From NCBI GenBank assembly GCA_038887515.1, contig JAWAKK010000001.1, positions 67,518-131,517 of the forward strand: DNA of 64,000 nucleotides. The letters are read 5' to 3'. The position numbers and the translations under genes were made by a program. The notes under the pieces were generated by a model. That model searched no databases. It saw nothing but the letters and a program-made list of their open reading frames with translations, and was not told the DNA's origin. Source of the DNA: Candidatus Nezhaarchaeales archaeon. Its GTDB lineage: Archaea; Thermoproteota; Methanomethylicia; Nezhaarchaeales; WYZ-LMO8. Positions 39,712 through 49,198 of this stretch are shown piece after piece; within the stretch, counting starts at the first letter, position 1; each line of letters begins with the position of its first letter.

Positions 39712-40577
39712 AGATTTTTTATACATTCGCTAAAGGCAAAAACTTGGTCTGAGACTTCAAAGATAGGAAGACCAACAATGATTGATACGCCATGGTTTAC
39801 TACCTCCCTAATTTTATTTATGACGTCTTCTTTAGTGCCATAGATGCTAAGTCTTGAAACAGCCTCTTGCAGAACTTCCATGAGTTTTGGTGGCAGATCT
39901 GTTACCTTAAGATTAGAAGGCAGGGCATAACCAAGTTCAACCAGCTTCTTCTTCAACCAACTCCTCCTTAAAACATAGTCTGCCATCGCTGTCACTACAT
40001 CCCTTACCGGTTTATCTATAGCGTAGGGTACATAAATAGCGCACTCGAATCCTCGTTTAGAATAATTCTCGATAAAGTCCAGCTTCTCTCTATCGTATAA
40101 AAAGAAAAGAGTTACTTCAGGGTAAGAGCTTACTATATCGCTTAAGCGCTTCTCTATCCCTTCAATCCCTAGAAAAATCTTTGAAACTCTTCCGTACGAC
40201 TGATCTAAGACCCTCCTTATGGACTTATAAGATTTTTGAAGAGCTTCGTCGCCTTCAAGGTAAATGCTGTTTCCAGCTACCACGCACAATCCAGCGTTTC
40301 CAGCTTCTTCAATTACCGGAATGTAAAGCCTCAATAACTGATCTACATCCTTGCGCCTCGTAGCTATGGTTATAAAGGTCTTAACGTTAGGAAAAAGTCC
40401 AAGTAACTCTTCTAACTCACTTGGAGAAACATCATTTATCCTCCACTCGGAATCTATCACGTGAATTTTTAAACCAGCTTGAGAAATTAGCTTTGTAGTC
40501 TCTAAGGTCTTTGTTATCTGTTCGTTGATGCTGAGACCGAACCTACTCCTTTTAGTCGCTTTCCCCCCCACAAACAT
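39708..40577 (-). CDS. Divergent luciferase-like (LLM / Mer-like) TIM-barrel protein, tentatively assigned.
   Basis: The N-terminal segment RFGLSINEQ...AGLKIHVIDSEW resembles the LLM pattern FG[IL]....GF..W..DH. The C-terminal segment GT.EDV...I......GVS.I..G.P is also LLM-like. Confidence 0.35.
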   Translation of the reverse strand: MFVGGKATKRSRFGLSINEQITKTLETTKLISQAGLKIHVIDSEWRINDVSPSELEELLGLFPNVKTFITIATRRKDVDQLLRLYIPVIEEAGNAGLCVVAGNSIYLEGDEALQKSYKSIRRVLDQSYGRVSKIFLGIEGIEKRLSDIVSSYPEVTLFFLYDREKLDFIENYSKRGFECAIYVPYAIDKPVRDVVTAMADYVLRRSWLKKKLVELGYALPSNLKVTDLPPKLMEVLQEAVSRLSIYGTKEDVINKIREVVNHGVSIIVGLPIFEVSDQVFAFSECIKNL

Positions 40578-40639
40578 TCACACAACACCTGAAGTCGAGC
40601 TTCTTAGAGACAACTTTAACTCGAAGATTTAAAATTAGT

Positions 40640-41551
40640 TTGGGGGTCGTAAAGTTGAACGTTATGGACTTCTATGTTGTGAGGGTACCATATAGGTTCT
40701 TTGAACTTCAAAATGATATTGATGAAGCTAAGCTAGTGCTACTTGGCTTCCCTTATGATTCAACTTCGAGCTTTAGAGTCGGCTCTCGCTTTGCCCCTCA
40801 ATATTTAAGGATATATTCATCGGCCATTGAAGGCTACGTCTGGGAGTTAGGGGTTGAAGTATCCGAAACAAAAATTGCCGATGTTGGAGACATTATGGTA
40901 GTCCACGGAGACACTCTCACAAGCTTAAAGCGGCTTAGTGAAGTTGTCAAGACCTTAAATTCCATGGGAAAGAAGGTAGGTGTTGTGGGGGGCGAGCATA
41001 CATTAACCCTAGGCTCAGCACTTAGTTGCAATCCTAAATCGCTTTTGATTTTTGACGCTCACTTAGATTTTAGAGACGAATACCCCTACGGACAGAGATT
41101 GAGCCACGCTACCTGGCTTAAAAGACTTGTAGAAAGAGAGCCAAAGTATAACGTCATAGTCGTAGGAGTAAGGGCAGTATCAAAAGAGGAGTTGAAGAGT
41201 TTAAGGGGATCGGATTTAAAGTTTTTGACCTTTAGGCAGATACAAAAAGAGGGGTTAAAGACCTTTGAGGACGTTCTAAGCACTACTTCAGATCCCTTAT
41301 ATGTTAGCGTCGACGTCGACGTATTAGATCCAGCATATGCACCAGGTGTTTCGACTCCAGAACCTCTTGGCTTAACTCTTCGAGAGTTACTCGATGGACT
41401 TTGGAGCGTGAAAGGTAGGGAGATCATAGGCTTTGACGTTGTAGAGGTTTGTCCTCCATATGACAACGGCTCTACCTGTACCTCAGCTTGCAAGATATTG
41501 ATGGATCTATCTATGATGTCGTTAACGAGCTTTAATTTTCCTAACTATTAA
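40640..41551 (+). CDS. speB: Agmatinase / ureohydrolase.
   Basis: Has the arginase-family Mn-binding motifs: GGEHT, DAHLD, and SVDVDVLDPAYAPG. Confidence 0.8.
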   Translation: MGVVKLNVMDFYVVRVPYRFFELQNDIDEAKLVLLGFPYDSTSSFRVGSRFAPQYLRIYSSAIEGYVWELGVEVSETKIADVGDIMVVHGDTLTSLKRLSEVVKTLNSMGKKVGVVGGEHTLTLGSALSCNPKSLLIFDAHLDFRDEYPYGQRLSHATWLKRLVEREPKYNVIVVGVRAVSKEELKSLRGSDLKFLTFRQIQKEGLKTFEDVLSTTSDPLYVSVDVDVLDPAYAPGVSTPEPLGLTLRELLDGLWSVKGREIIGFDVVEVCPPYDNGSTCTSACKILMDLSMMSLTSFNFPNY

Positions 41552-41680
41552 AGGTGGTATTTTAAACATGATCCTAGCATCGCAGTAGGGACACCTAACG
41601 CCAAGGCTTTTTATCATCTCTTCTAAGGAGAAGACATTACCACAGCGTATACATTTATACTGTACCATTATTGACACCAT
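41522..41680 (-). CDS. rpoP: DNA-directed RNA polymerase subunit P (Rpo12). It is absent from the ORF track.
   Basis: My own translation gives MVSIMVQYKCIRCGNVFSLEEMIKSLGVRCPYCDARIMFKIPPLIVRKIKAR. This fits the RpoP pattern Y.C..C...........VRCPYC. Confidence 0.6.
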   Translation of the reverse strand: MVSIMVQYKCIRCGNVFSLEEMIKSLGVRCPYCDARIMFKIPPLIVRKIKAR

Positions 41681-41771
41681 GAGTCGACGTTTTGTAATCT
41701 ATCCTCTATGTATAGGATAACCTTTATAAACTCACCTAATCTTCAATCACAGAAGGAGCTGATAGAAGTTA

Positions 41772-42080
41772 ATGAGCGAAACATGCCCTGTATGTGGGCT
41801 ACCGAAAGACCTTTGCGTTTGTGAAGCTATCGATCGCGAGCAACAGATCATAAGGATATACCTTGAGAAACGCAAGTGGGGTAGGGAAGTCACAATTATA
41901 GAAGGCATAGATGAGAGGAGTTGTGACCTTAAGAGCATAGCTGGTAAGCTCAAAACCCTTTGTGCTTGTGGTGGAACAGCGAAGAACGGGAAAATAGAGC
42001 TACAAGGTGATCATAGGCAGAAGGCCAGAGAGACGCTCATAAGCATGGGCTTTCCGCCAGAGAACATAAGCGTTGAATGA
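41772..42080 (+). CDS. Translation initiation factor SUI1 (aIF1).
   Basis: 102-aa product with a SUI1 fold and an N-terminal zinc knuckle ([13 protein letters not shown]). Confidence 0.85.
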   Translation: MSETCPVCGLPKDLCVCEAIDREQQIIRIYLEKRKWGREVTIIEGIDERSCDLKSIAGKLKTLCACGGTAKNGKIELQGDHRQKARETLISMGFPPENISVE

Positions 42081-42120
42081 TCATAACAGCTGTAGGCGTA
42101 CCATGAGAATTAGGGTACGA

Positions 42121-42648
42121 TTACTTGTGAATGTACTTGTCGTTCTTAACTATTTCTTTTATTCTCTCTACCCCTCCTATCCTCTTTATAACTTCGGCTA
42201 CAGCCTTTGGAACATACATTTCCCAACCACCATTCTCTATCATTAGTCTCCGTATGTGTGTAGCATCATATTTATCTCGTTCAAAGAATGGGATTTCTTT
42301 AACTTCAACTCCCGCCTCTACGAAGAGCCTCTTCGTTAAAGGAGAGTTTGTATAAACTCTTGAGAAAGGGGGACAGTATTGTTTAACTACTTGGACCCAC
42401 AAGGCGTGCTGTCCTATGTCTGGTATTGGAATAATTATGCACCTATCAGAGAGCCCCTCTTCCTCTAAGGTTGCTAAGATCATCTCTACCCTCTCACCTA
42501 CCGTGAACGGATTATCGAGAGTATGGCTATATTGCGCAGATCCTATTCCAATGATTAGCTTCCTTTCCTGTTGCAGTATCCACTTAGTAGCAGCTAAATG
42601 ACCCAAATGGTATGGCTGAAATCTACCTATGAATAGCGCCATAGACAT
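42121..42648 (-). CDS. nadM: Nicotinamide-nucleotide adenylyltransferase, archaeal type.
   Basis: Has a GRFQPYHLGH (H/T)xGH motif. Confidence 0.8.
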   Translation of the reverse strand: MSMALFIGRFQPYHLGHLAATKWILQQERKLIIGIGSAQYSHTLDNPFTVGERVEMILATLEEEGLSDRCIIIPIPDIGQHALWVQVVKQYCPPFSRVYTNSPLTKRLFVEAGVEVKEIPFFERDKYDATHIRRLMIENGGWEMYVPKAVAEVIKRIGGVERIKEIVKNDKYIHK

Positions 42649-42741
42649 GCTTCATCACGTAAATGGCCCTATAATTACTAGCTTTCGTTCATAAATTAAT
42701 TATGGTAACGTGTTGCATTATTTCAGTACGACAGCTATGTA

Positions 42742-43527
42742 TTAAAGGGGTGGTAGTAAAGCTTCTCCTGGTCTTATGGATTTAAGCAAGTTGAGAAGCT
42801 CTTGCTGACTAATGGCCTTAGATATTGCTAATGGTACACCTTCATTCTTCGCTATTATAACAGCTAATTTGTCTACAGTCTTAGCTCCGTGGAGTACTAT
42901 CAGACCCGGCTTCAAACTACCTAAACCGGCTTGCATAGCTTTAAGTGCTACTAGAGGCGACCTTCCAGTACTAACTCTAACGAATATTGCTGCTCTCTGG
43001 GAGGTTGAACCATAAAGTTTAAGGTAGTCACTTGATGGGACCTCTAAGACCAACTTAATGCTATCTACTACTGTGTAGCCGAGTAACGGTTTGAACTCTG
43101 TATCTTCACCTACTATGAGTTCGGCTTTTATATGTTTACAGAATTCTCCTAAGCTTATGGGTTCTACGAAGTCCCTTATATCAATGATAGCTTCTCGTAA
43201 TGCCTCAGATCCCGTGTATAATCTTCTTAATGGCTCTGTTATCCTTCCTCCTCTTTCATCATCTATCTTAATGAGGGCTGAAACTACTTTCCTTACAAAC
43301 CCTATACCAGGGGACTTCCTTCTCCCACTTTCGTAGTCTGATATAACAGAAGGCGAAACCTTCAAAAAGTGGGCTAACTCGGTTGTGGAGACCATAAACC
43401 TCTGGCGCCAGCTCCTAAGAGCCTGCCCTACGTCGTCTGAGAATATTATTTCGCCTGCTATCCTTACAGCTAGCTCCCGCTGACTTGTTGTTAACTCAAT
43501 TCCAGTCATTGCCGTCATTAAAACCAT
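42742..43527 (-). CDS. Conserved archaeal putative transcription regulator with an N-terminal HTH (COG1395-like).
   Basis: The HTH-like segment is TTELAHFLKVSPSVISDYESGRR. Confidence 0.5.
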   Translation of the reverse strand: MVLMTAMTGIELTTSQRELAVRIAGEIIFSDDVGQALRSWRQRFMVSTTELAHFLKVSPSVISDYESGRRKSPGIGFVRKVVSALIKIDDERGGRITEPLRRLYTGSEALREAIIDIRDFVEPISLGEFCKHIKAELIVGEDTEFKPLLGYTVVDSIKLVLEVPSSDYLKLYGSTSQRAAIFVRVSTGRSPLVALKAMQAGLGSLKPGLIVLHGAKTVDKLAVIIAKNEGVPLAISKAISQQELLNLLKSIRPGEALLPPL

Positions 43528-43576
43528 CTACGCAACACGTTTTTAGCTCTTCTCCTCTACGAAAAATTAGAAATTC

Positions 43577-44296
43577 ATGAAGAAGATCGAAGAAAAAGCG
43601 CGGGCCAAAATGAGGGACATCATCGAGACCTATGATGCGATAGCGGAGGGCTTCTCTAACACTCGTCGTTATCCTTGGATTGAGATAGTCCATCTACTTG
43701 GCGAAATATCGAATAAAACACTTTTGGACATTGGATGTGGAAATGGAAGGCACTTAGTAGAACTCGCTAAAGGAGCAAGCATAGCAGTAGGCATAGACTT
43801 GTCAAAGAAGCTAATTAAGATAGCTAAGACTCGAATATCTAGGCTAGGAGTTACGCATAAAGCAATGCTCGTCTTAGGCGACATGCTCTTTATGCCCTTT
43901 AGACCTGAAAGCTTCGATTCCATCGCATGCATAGCGGTGATGCATCACGTGCCGACCAAAAATTTGAGACAGCTAGCTGTTTCAGAAATAGCTAGAGTTC
44001 TTAGGAGTGGCGGGCTAGCAGTCATATCGGCTTGGTACAGATGGCAGAAGAAATTTGTCTTTGATGTTCTAAAAAGCTTCTTCATGAAGCTCGTGGGCGT
44101 AGTATTTGAATTTGGGGACACTTACATTTCTTGGAAGTCGAAGGGAAAGATATTCAAAAGGTTCTTCCACATATTTACAATAAGCGAGATGAAGGACTTA
44201 ATAAATATCGAGGCCTTCGAATTTAAAGACTTAAAACTAGTTGCCATCGGGAGTAAGAGGTTAATGAACGTTGTAGCAGTAGTTGCTAAGCGTTAA
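43577..44296 (+). CDS. Class I SAM-dependent methyltransferase.
   Basis: Has the LLDIGCGNGRH motif I. Confidence 0.65.
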   Translation: MKKIEEKARAKMRDIIETYDAIAEGFSNTRRYPWIEIVHLLGEISNKTLLDIGCGNGRHLVELAKGASIAVGIDLSKKLIKIAKTRISRLGVTHKAMLVLGDMLFMPFRPESFDSIACIAVMHHVPTKNLRQLAVSEIARVLRSGGLAVISAWYRWQKKFVFDVLKSFFMKLVGVVFEFGDTYISWKSKGKIFKRFFHIFTISEMKDLINIEAFEFKDLKLVAIGSKRLMNVVAVVAKR

Positions 44297-44328
44297 CGCT
44301 AATACTAACTTCTTCGAAATATCACTTT

Positions 44329-44985
44329 GTGAGCAATATGTCTATAACAATAGCTTGGCATGGGCACGCCTGCTTTGAAATTAAAAACCACGTAACGATA
44401 GTGGTAGACCCTCATGATGGTACATCCATTGGGATAAAACCCCCGTCGGCTAAGGCTGACTTAGTCTTGATATCTCATAAACACTTCGATCATGCTAATG
44501 GCTTAATGTTTGTCAAGAAAAATGGCACCGTAGTAATAGATAAGCCGGGTAATTATGAAGTCAAGGGAGTGAAAGTGGTGGGGATACCCACCTATCACGA
44601 TGAATGTCGAGGAGCTAAACGTGGATTAAATACAGTTTACCTCTTTGAATATGATGAAGTTAGGTTCTGTCATTTAGGCGACTTGGGGCATGTGTTAAGT
44701 GAAGATCAAGCCCGTTTCTTAAGACCAGTAGACGTCCTCATGATTCCTGTCGGAGGAACCTTTACTATAGACGCAAAGCAAGCTAATGAAATTATGAACT
44801 TACTATCACCGAGAATAGCAATACCGATGCACTATAAGACGCCTGGACTAAATCTACCGATAGTTGGCGTTGAAGGTTTTATTGCTGGAAAGACGAATGT
44901 AGAACGCTCACAGTCAAATACATACAGGGTATCTAAAGAGACTCTGCCTAGTAAGTTAAAAATAGTTGTGTTAAGTCCACTGTAA
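44329..44985 (+). CDS. MBL-fold metal-dependent hydrolase (UPF0173-like).
   Basis: Has the ISHKHFDH motif. Confidence 0.7.
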   Translation: MSNMSITIAWHGHACFEIKNHVTIVVDPHDGTSIGIKPPSAKADLVLISHKHFDHANGLMFVKKNGTVVIDKPGNYEVKGVKVVGIPTYHDECRGAKRGLNTVYLFEYDEVRFCHLGDLGHVLSEDQARFLRPVDVLMIPVGGTFTIDAKQANEIMNLLSPRIAIPMHYKTPGLNLPIVGVEGFIAGKTNVERSQSNTYRVSKETLPSKLKIVVLSPL

Positions 44986-45126
44986 CCGACTTAAGTCTCT
45001 TATGTGATGTGACTCTTAGGGGATCTAGTGCATGGTCTTTGGGCTAACGTGTTTCATAAAGGTTGCCACAAGAATTTCTCGAACCTCAATAACCGAAGAT
45101 GGTTCAGAAGAAGTGCGAGTTGATGC

Positions 45127-45444
45127 ATGTTGTCGACCATAATAATATCGCCTGAATTCGATATAATACTCGATCCTGAAAATATGGTGATAGGTGAAGC
45201 TAGAAGCGACTTAGCTTTACTAGACGTTACGCCCATAGACAAGAAGATTGGCGAGCTCAATGACATAATAGATGTACTGTTCTGGTCTTTCGATCCAAAA
45301 GTATCGACTTCAACGACGCCTAGATCCGGGAAAAGGGGGTTGCCGTTAAAGGTTTACTACTTGCCAGACATGATACTAGGCTTCCTCGTAGGCTTAGCGC
45401 TGTTCAGCCTAATAATAGCGATGCACTTTACATTAACTCTATGA
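45127..45444 (+). CDS. MtrB-like tail-anchored protein, tentatively assigned.
   Basis: 105-aa product with a single C-terminal transmembrane helix. The N-terminal segment IISPEFDIILDPENMVIGEA and the segment WSFDPK...PRSGKRG resemble the MtrB pattern (APE..L.LDP..G, SLDP, PGREG). I am recalling that pattern from memory. The gene lies directly upstream of the MtrA homolog. Confidence 0.4.
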   Translation: MLSTIIISPEFDIILDPENMVIGEARSDLALLDVTPIDKKIGELNDIIDVLFWSFDPKVSTSTTPRSGKRGLPLKVYYLPDMILGFLVGLALFSLIIAMHFTLTL

Positions 45445-45477
45445 ATGCTAACGCAAAAATATTAAAGAGTGAGGTAA

Positions 45478-46251
45478 ATGTTCGTGAGAACCCTTCAAAA
45501 AATGAAAGTTGAGCTGGCACCAAATTGGCCCGTAGCGGTTGGAGACTACGTAGTTGGAGATCCTAAAGGTTGTGTTGCGATATGTACGTTGGGGTCTGAA
45601 GGGATATGCTCATTCCTAGTAAAAATGCCGGGAGTCGCAATAGTTGGACCTTGTAAAACTGAGAACGTAGGTTTAGAGAAAATAATATTAAACGTAATAT
45701 CAAATCCAAACATTAGGTTTTTAATAGTATGCGGAATCGAAGTTACAGGCCACTTACCAGGTCTCTCCTTTAAAGCTCTTTACGAAAACGGCATAGAGCC
45801 GGCAACTAAGAGAATCAAGGAAGCACCTGGAGCAATACCTTATATAGAACACTTGACCGTTGAAGCTGTGGAACGTTTTCAAAAACAGGTACAATTTATA
45901 GACATGATAGGGGTTGAAGACATAAACATAATTAAAGCTAAAGTCGAAGAACTCGTAACACAAGATCCAGGAGCTTACCCTGAGCCTCCATTTATCGTAG
46001 ATATCGAGAAAAAAGAGACGAGAGAAACCACTATACCTAAGTTAATTTTGGTTCCATCAATCACACCATCACTGTCAACCCTATCGGCATTAATGAGTGA
46101 CGTAAAGCGTAGAGTGCAATTAATAGAAAGAGAAAGGAAAATTATAACTGCTGTAGAAGTTACAAGAGCTTGGAGTATAGTAGCGGGGATATTACTTGCC
46201 TTCTTGCTCTTTGGTCTACTAGCACTTGTAGTGATTTTAGGAGGAACATAA
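45478..46251 (+). CDS. mtrA: Homolog of tetrahydromethanopterin S-methyltransferase subunit A (MtrA), the corrinoid-binding subunit, with a C-terminal membrane anchor.
   Basis: The product has the segments WPVAVGDYVVGD, KTENVGLEKIILNVISNPNIRFLIVCGIEVTGH, APGAIPYIEH and ERFQKQVQ. A C-terminal transmembrane helix is present. The sequence is collinear with MtrA, with high similarity. Confidence 0.85.
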   Translation: MFVRTLQKMKVELAPNWPVAVGDYVVGDPKGCVAICTLGSEGICSFLVKMPGVAIVGPCKTENVGLEKIILNVISNPNIRFLIVCGIEVTGHLPGLSFKALYENGIEPATKRIKEAPGAIPYIEHLTVEAVERFQKQVQFIDMIGVEDINIIKAKVEELVTQDPGAYPEPPFIVDIEKKETRETTIPKLILVPSITPSLSTLSALMSDVKRRVQLIERERKIITAVEVTRAWSIVAGILLAFLLFGLLALVVILGGT

Positions 46252-46252
46252 A

Positions 46253-46456
46253 GTGTCTTCCAAAAGAACCAAGGAAGCGTATACAGCTGAAATTGCTTAC
46301 ATCGAAGCTAGAATTAACGATATAACGACGAGAATACAAATGATCGGAGAGAAAGGTAGGTTCACCACGGGGTTTTATCGGGGCTTCTTTAAAGGCTTCA
46401 TAATTGGATTGATGGTATCGATAGTGTTACTAACATCAATATTGATAGTTATGTGA
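46253..46456 (+). CDS. Small tail-anchored protein that is MtrF/MtrG-like.
   Basis: 67-aa product. Its C-terminal segment GFYRGFFKGFIIGLMVSIVLL is paralogous to the tail of the next ORF. Its position matches the mtrF slot of the canonical mtrBAFG gene order. Confidence 0.45.
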   Translation: MSSKRTKEAYTAEIAYIEARINDITTRIQMIGEKGRFTTGFYRGFFKGFIIGLMVSIVLLTSILIVM

Positions 46457-46471
46457 GAGGCGCAAAGTAAT

Positions 46472-46699
46472 ATGTCGCTCGATGAGGAAGAATTTAGAGT
46501 ACCGACAGTTATAGCTCCACCGGAAATCGTTCAACTACATTCAAAGCTTAATGCAATAAACGAAAAAGTGAACTTCACGCTCAGCGAAGTAGCTCACAAA
46601 GAAGGTCTAAGAATGGGTAGCTATATAGGTTTCCTTTACGGTTTCTTAACAGGCTCTATGATAATGTTAGTACTTAAGTTTGTACTTAGGATCCTGTGA
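46472..46699 (+). CDS. MtrG-like tail-anchored protein.
   Basis: 75-aa product with the segments VPTVIAPPEIV..KLNAINEKVNF..SEVAHKEGLRMGSYIGFLYGFLTG followed by a transmembrane helix. This matches the MtrG pattern (KLD.IEEKVEF ... IGILYG). Confidence 0.55.
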   Translation: MSLDEEEFRVPTVIAPPEIVQLHSKLNAINEKVNFTLSEVAHKEGLRMGSYIGFLYGFLTGSMIMLVLKFVLRIL

Positions 46700-46740
46700 G
46701 GAGCTGAAATTAGCGTTTTATAGACCCAGCGATGAACTAT

Positions 46741-48246
46741 TCATTCCTCGCATTCGTTTCTTGTCGAACTTTCATTACTACGCTTAACTTTACGCTCCAG
46801 TTTTTGAAACTTTGCCCTTAAGCTCAATATACAGCCCATCCCCCTATTACCTCCTAGAGGATTCTGCGGCGTCCCCAAGGAATGTAAACACCTAGCCATT
46901 ACATTAGCCCCCAAGGCTAAGCCGTCTTCAACGAACACGACTCTTCTATTGACGTCGTCGTTAAATACGCCAAGCTCGTCAACATACTTAAGTATTAAGT
47001 AAGGCTTTAGACCTGTTATTCCTGCCCTTCCAGTTATACCTATGGTGTAATTATCATTTATTAAACCGTGCGCTATTAAGGTCTCCAGGACTCTTTTAGC
47101 TATAAGAGCTGAAGTATAATCCAGTATCGCTAAGAGCGTCTTGCCTCCATATTGACTGTAGAACTCGTGACCTAGTGACCGCAATTTAGGTAAGTAACTT
47201 CCATTATCCCCTACATCGCATCCTATCAGTAATACTCCTTGCTCGCACGCTAACTTTGCATTAATGGGTATCATGCCCACGCGTACTGCACTTGGAAGGA
47301 CTTTCCTTACGTCTATGTACTTATGCACTTCATAAGCTAATTCCTCGCACTTCTCAGCATCTATGACGTCTTTGGTCTTAATGTACTCTGAAAACTCTAA
47401 AGCTGACGTCGCGACTTCGGTACCTTGAATTAAAGCATCACAAATAGCTCCAGAGAGACCACATATACTGCCTATAGTCTTGGCGTAAGGAAGTTCATCA
47501 TTTGTAACCCTTCCTTTAAAGGTAGTCCCAAAATCCATGGATATTATAGGGTTTCTACAATCTACATCAGTCCACTTAGCTCCAACCTTTATACCGGCAG
47601 TCGAAAGCTCAGCTTCCATCTCATTTGCCATTATCTCACCTCCACTCTTGGGAGGTAGGCAGCCAGCAATCGCTCCATCAAAAAAGACTACATCAAGTTT
47701 TGAATATTCTTTTAAATCATCTGGAAGAGAGTTCTTAGATAAAGGTGCTATCATTTTTGACGGACTTATACCAGCTGCCAGACAACCCTTGGCTAATGCC
47801 CTTATAACCGAGCCGACTTCTTCTGGTGTTCCAAAGCTAGCGCTAATACCTGTTGATTGCACTACAAAATGTAAATCTTTATCCCTATCTAGTCCAGCTT
47901 CCCTAACGCAAGATACGAGGAAATCCCTGATAAACTCGATTACTGCCATTTCGCTTAGCATCTTCCCCCACAAGGTATAGCCTAGTAAGCGCTCGTTGGG
48001 GTGGGGTCTTCTGATGTTTCGTGTTAGTTCGACTGCCCTCCTTACTAGGTAAATTTTTCCAGTTTTTAAATCAGTAGTAGTTATGATGCACTTAGTAGTG
48101 GTGTTGCCAAGCTCAATTGATGCGACAGTGAAGAGTTGCCCAGTCCCTCTAGTTGTTACTTTCACAGGATCAATGAACATGCCGCGCGCAATTCTAGGGT
48201 TATACTTGCCGATTTTACCCTTTCTCTTTAAAAATTTAAGCCTCAT
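46741..48246 (-). CDS. ASKHA-superfamily (actin/Hsp70/sugar-kinase fold) protein. Its function is unknown and it is co-transcribed with mtrH.
   Basis: There are two phosphate-1-like motifs (ASIELGNTTTKCII and ISMDFGTTFKGRV) plus DVGDNGS. Confidence 0.5.
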   Translation of the reverse strand: MRLKFLKRKGKIGKYNPRIARGMFIDPVKVTTRGTGQLFTVASIELGNTTTKCIITTTDLKTGKIYLVRRAVELTRNIRRPHPNERLLGYTLWGKMLSEMAVIEFIRDFLVSCVREAGLDRDKDLHFVVQSTGISASFGTPEEVGSVIRALAKGCLAAGISPSKMIAPLSKNSLPDDLKEYSKLDVVFFDGAIAGCLPPKSGGEIMANEMEAELSTAGIKVGAKWTDVDCRNPIISMDFGTTFKGRVTNDELPYAKTIGSICGLSGAICDALIQGTEVATSALEFSEYIKTKDVIDAEKCEELAYEVHKYIDVRKVLPSAVRVGMIPINAKLACEQGVLLIGCDVGDNGSYLPKLRSLGHEFYSQYGGKTLLAILDYTSALIAKRVLETLIAHGLINDNYTIGITGRAGITGLKPYLILKYVDELGVFNDDVNRRVVFVEDGLALGANVMARCLHSLGTPQNPLGGNRGMGCILSLRAKFQKLERKVKRSNESSTRNECEE

Positions 48247-48250
48247 AGTT

Positions 48251-49198
48251 TTAGCCTACAAGTCTTCGATATGGATGATCTTCACTTATGGGGAGTCCAA
48301 GCTCAAGGTGGGTTGTATCCGTCACAATAGCGTCAGCCATGGCTACTACTGGAAAAACGAATTCTGCATTCTCTATGGGTCCATAGAGTACGAAGTTGCC
48401 ACCGATAATTACTTGAAGGATGTTGCTAGCTATATCGCAGAATCTAAATATCTCTCTACCTCGGGGATGCTCTTTCTTAATTCTCTTAAGCCACGGCCAG
48501 GCCGATATAACGTTATGTAAACTGCTCCCTGTCGGGTAACCGAACTTTGACTTAATGACATACGTTGATGCTAGGGCAGCTCCTGCACCAGCTCCTAAAG
48601 TAGTTACTGCGACATCGATCAATGTAGCCTTGACTCCACACTCATTGGCAATATTAAGTAACCCATTTTTAACAACGCCTCCTCCGCTCGTTAGTATTGT
48701 AACCTTACCCCTTATCGAGGGGTCGGCCGGATTAAACGCCAAAATAACGCTATTAGGCATTTTTAGTTCTCTTAGAACATTAAACTCTTCTTCAGTTATT
48801 GAAACGTTTATTGAGTTATATACGGCTTTATCGATAAGCCCAACCTCTTTGGCATATTTTGCGCCTTCAATCCTAACTCTAGGTTCTGTAGAATCTATTA
48901 GAAATGGAGATGGGGTGACTGATGCTACAAAATCTATGTACTTCTTCATTGCCTCGACGCTTTCGGAGAATATTTGGACCATGCAAGGGTTACCGGTTAT
49001 ATCGGACATTTCCTCTTGCTTCTTTATTAACGCCTCGGCTTTGTCTTTATCAAAAAGGCCTTTCCTATGGTCACTTACTATTTTATGTCCTCCATAAAAT
49101 ATTGTTCCAGCTAAGACCGTAGGGTTTTCGCCTGGTTGTCCTCCTATCTTAACTTTCCCTACTTGGTAAACGTACTGCTCTCTAGCGAATAGATATAT
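48251..49198 (-). CDS. mtrH: Homolog of tetrahydromethanopterin S-methyltransferase subunit H (MtrH), a pterin-binding TIM barrel.
   Basis: The conserved MtrH N-terminal region ([59 protein letters not shown]) is encoded in frame upstream of the first ATG at 49009. The rest of the protein (NVISAWPWL and so on) is collinear with MtrH. No ATG, GTG or TTG start exists in the open frame between 49009 and the upstream stop at 49226-49228. The position equivalent to the Met is an ATA codon at 49196-49198. Confidence 0.75.
   Translation of the reverse strand: [315 protein letters not shown]

Noticed and set aside
45054-45266. The minus-strand 70-aa ORF.
   Set aside because: It overlaps the plus-strand MtrB-like ORF, which has a tail-anchor transmembrane helix and fits the local mtrBAFG gene order. 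The minus-strand ORF has no features of its own.
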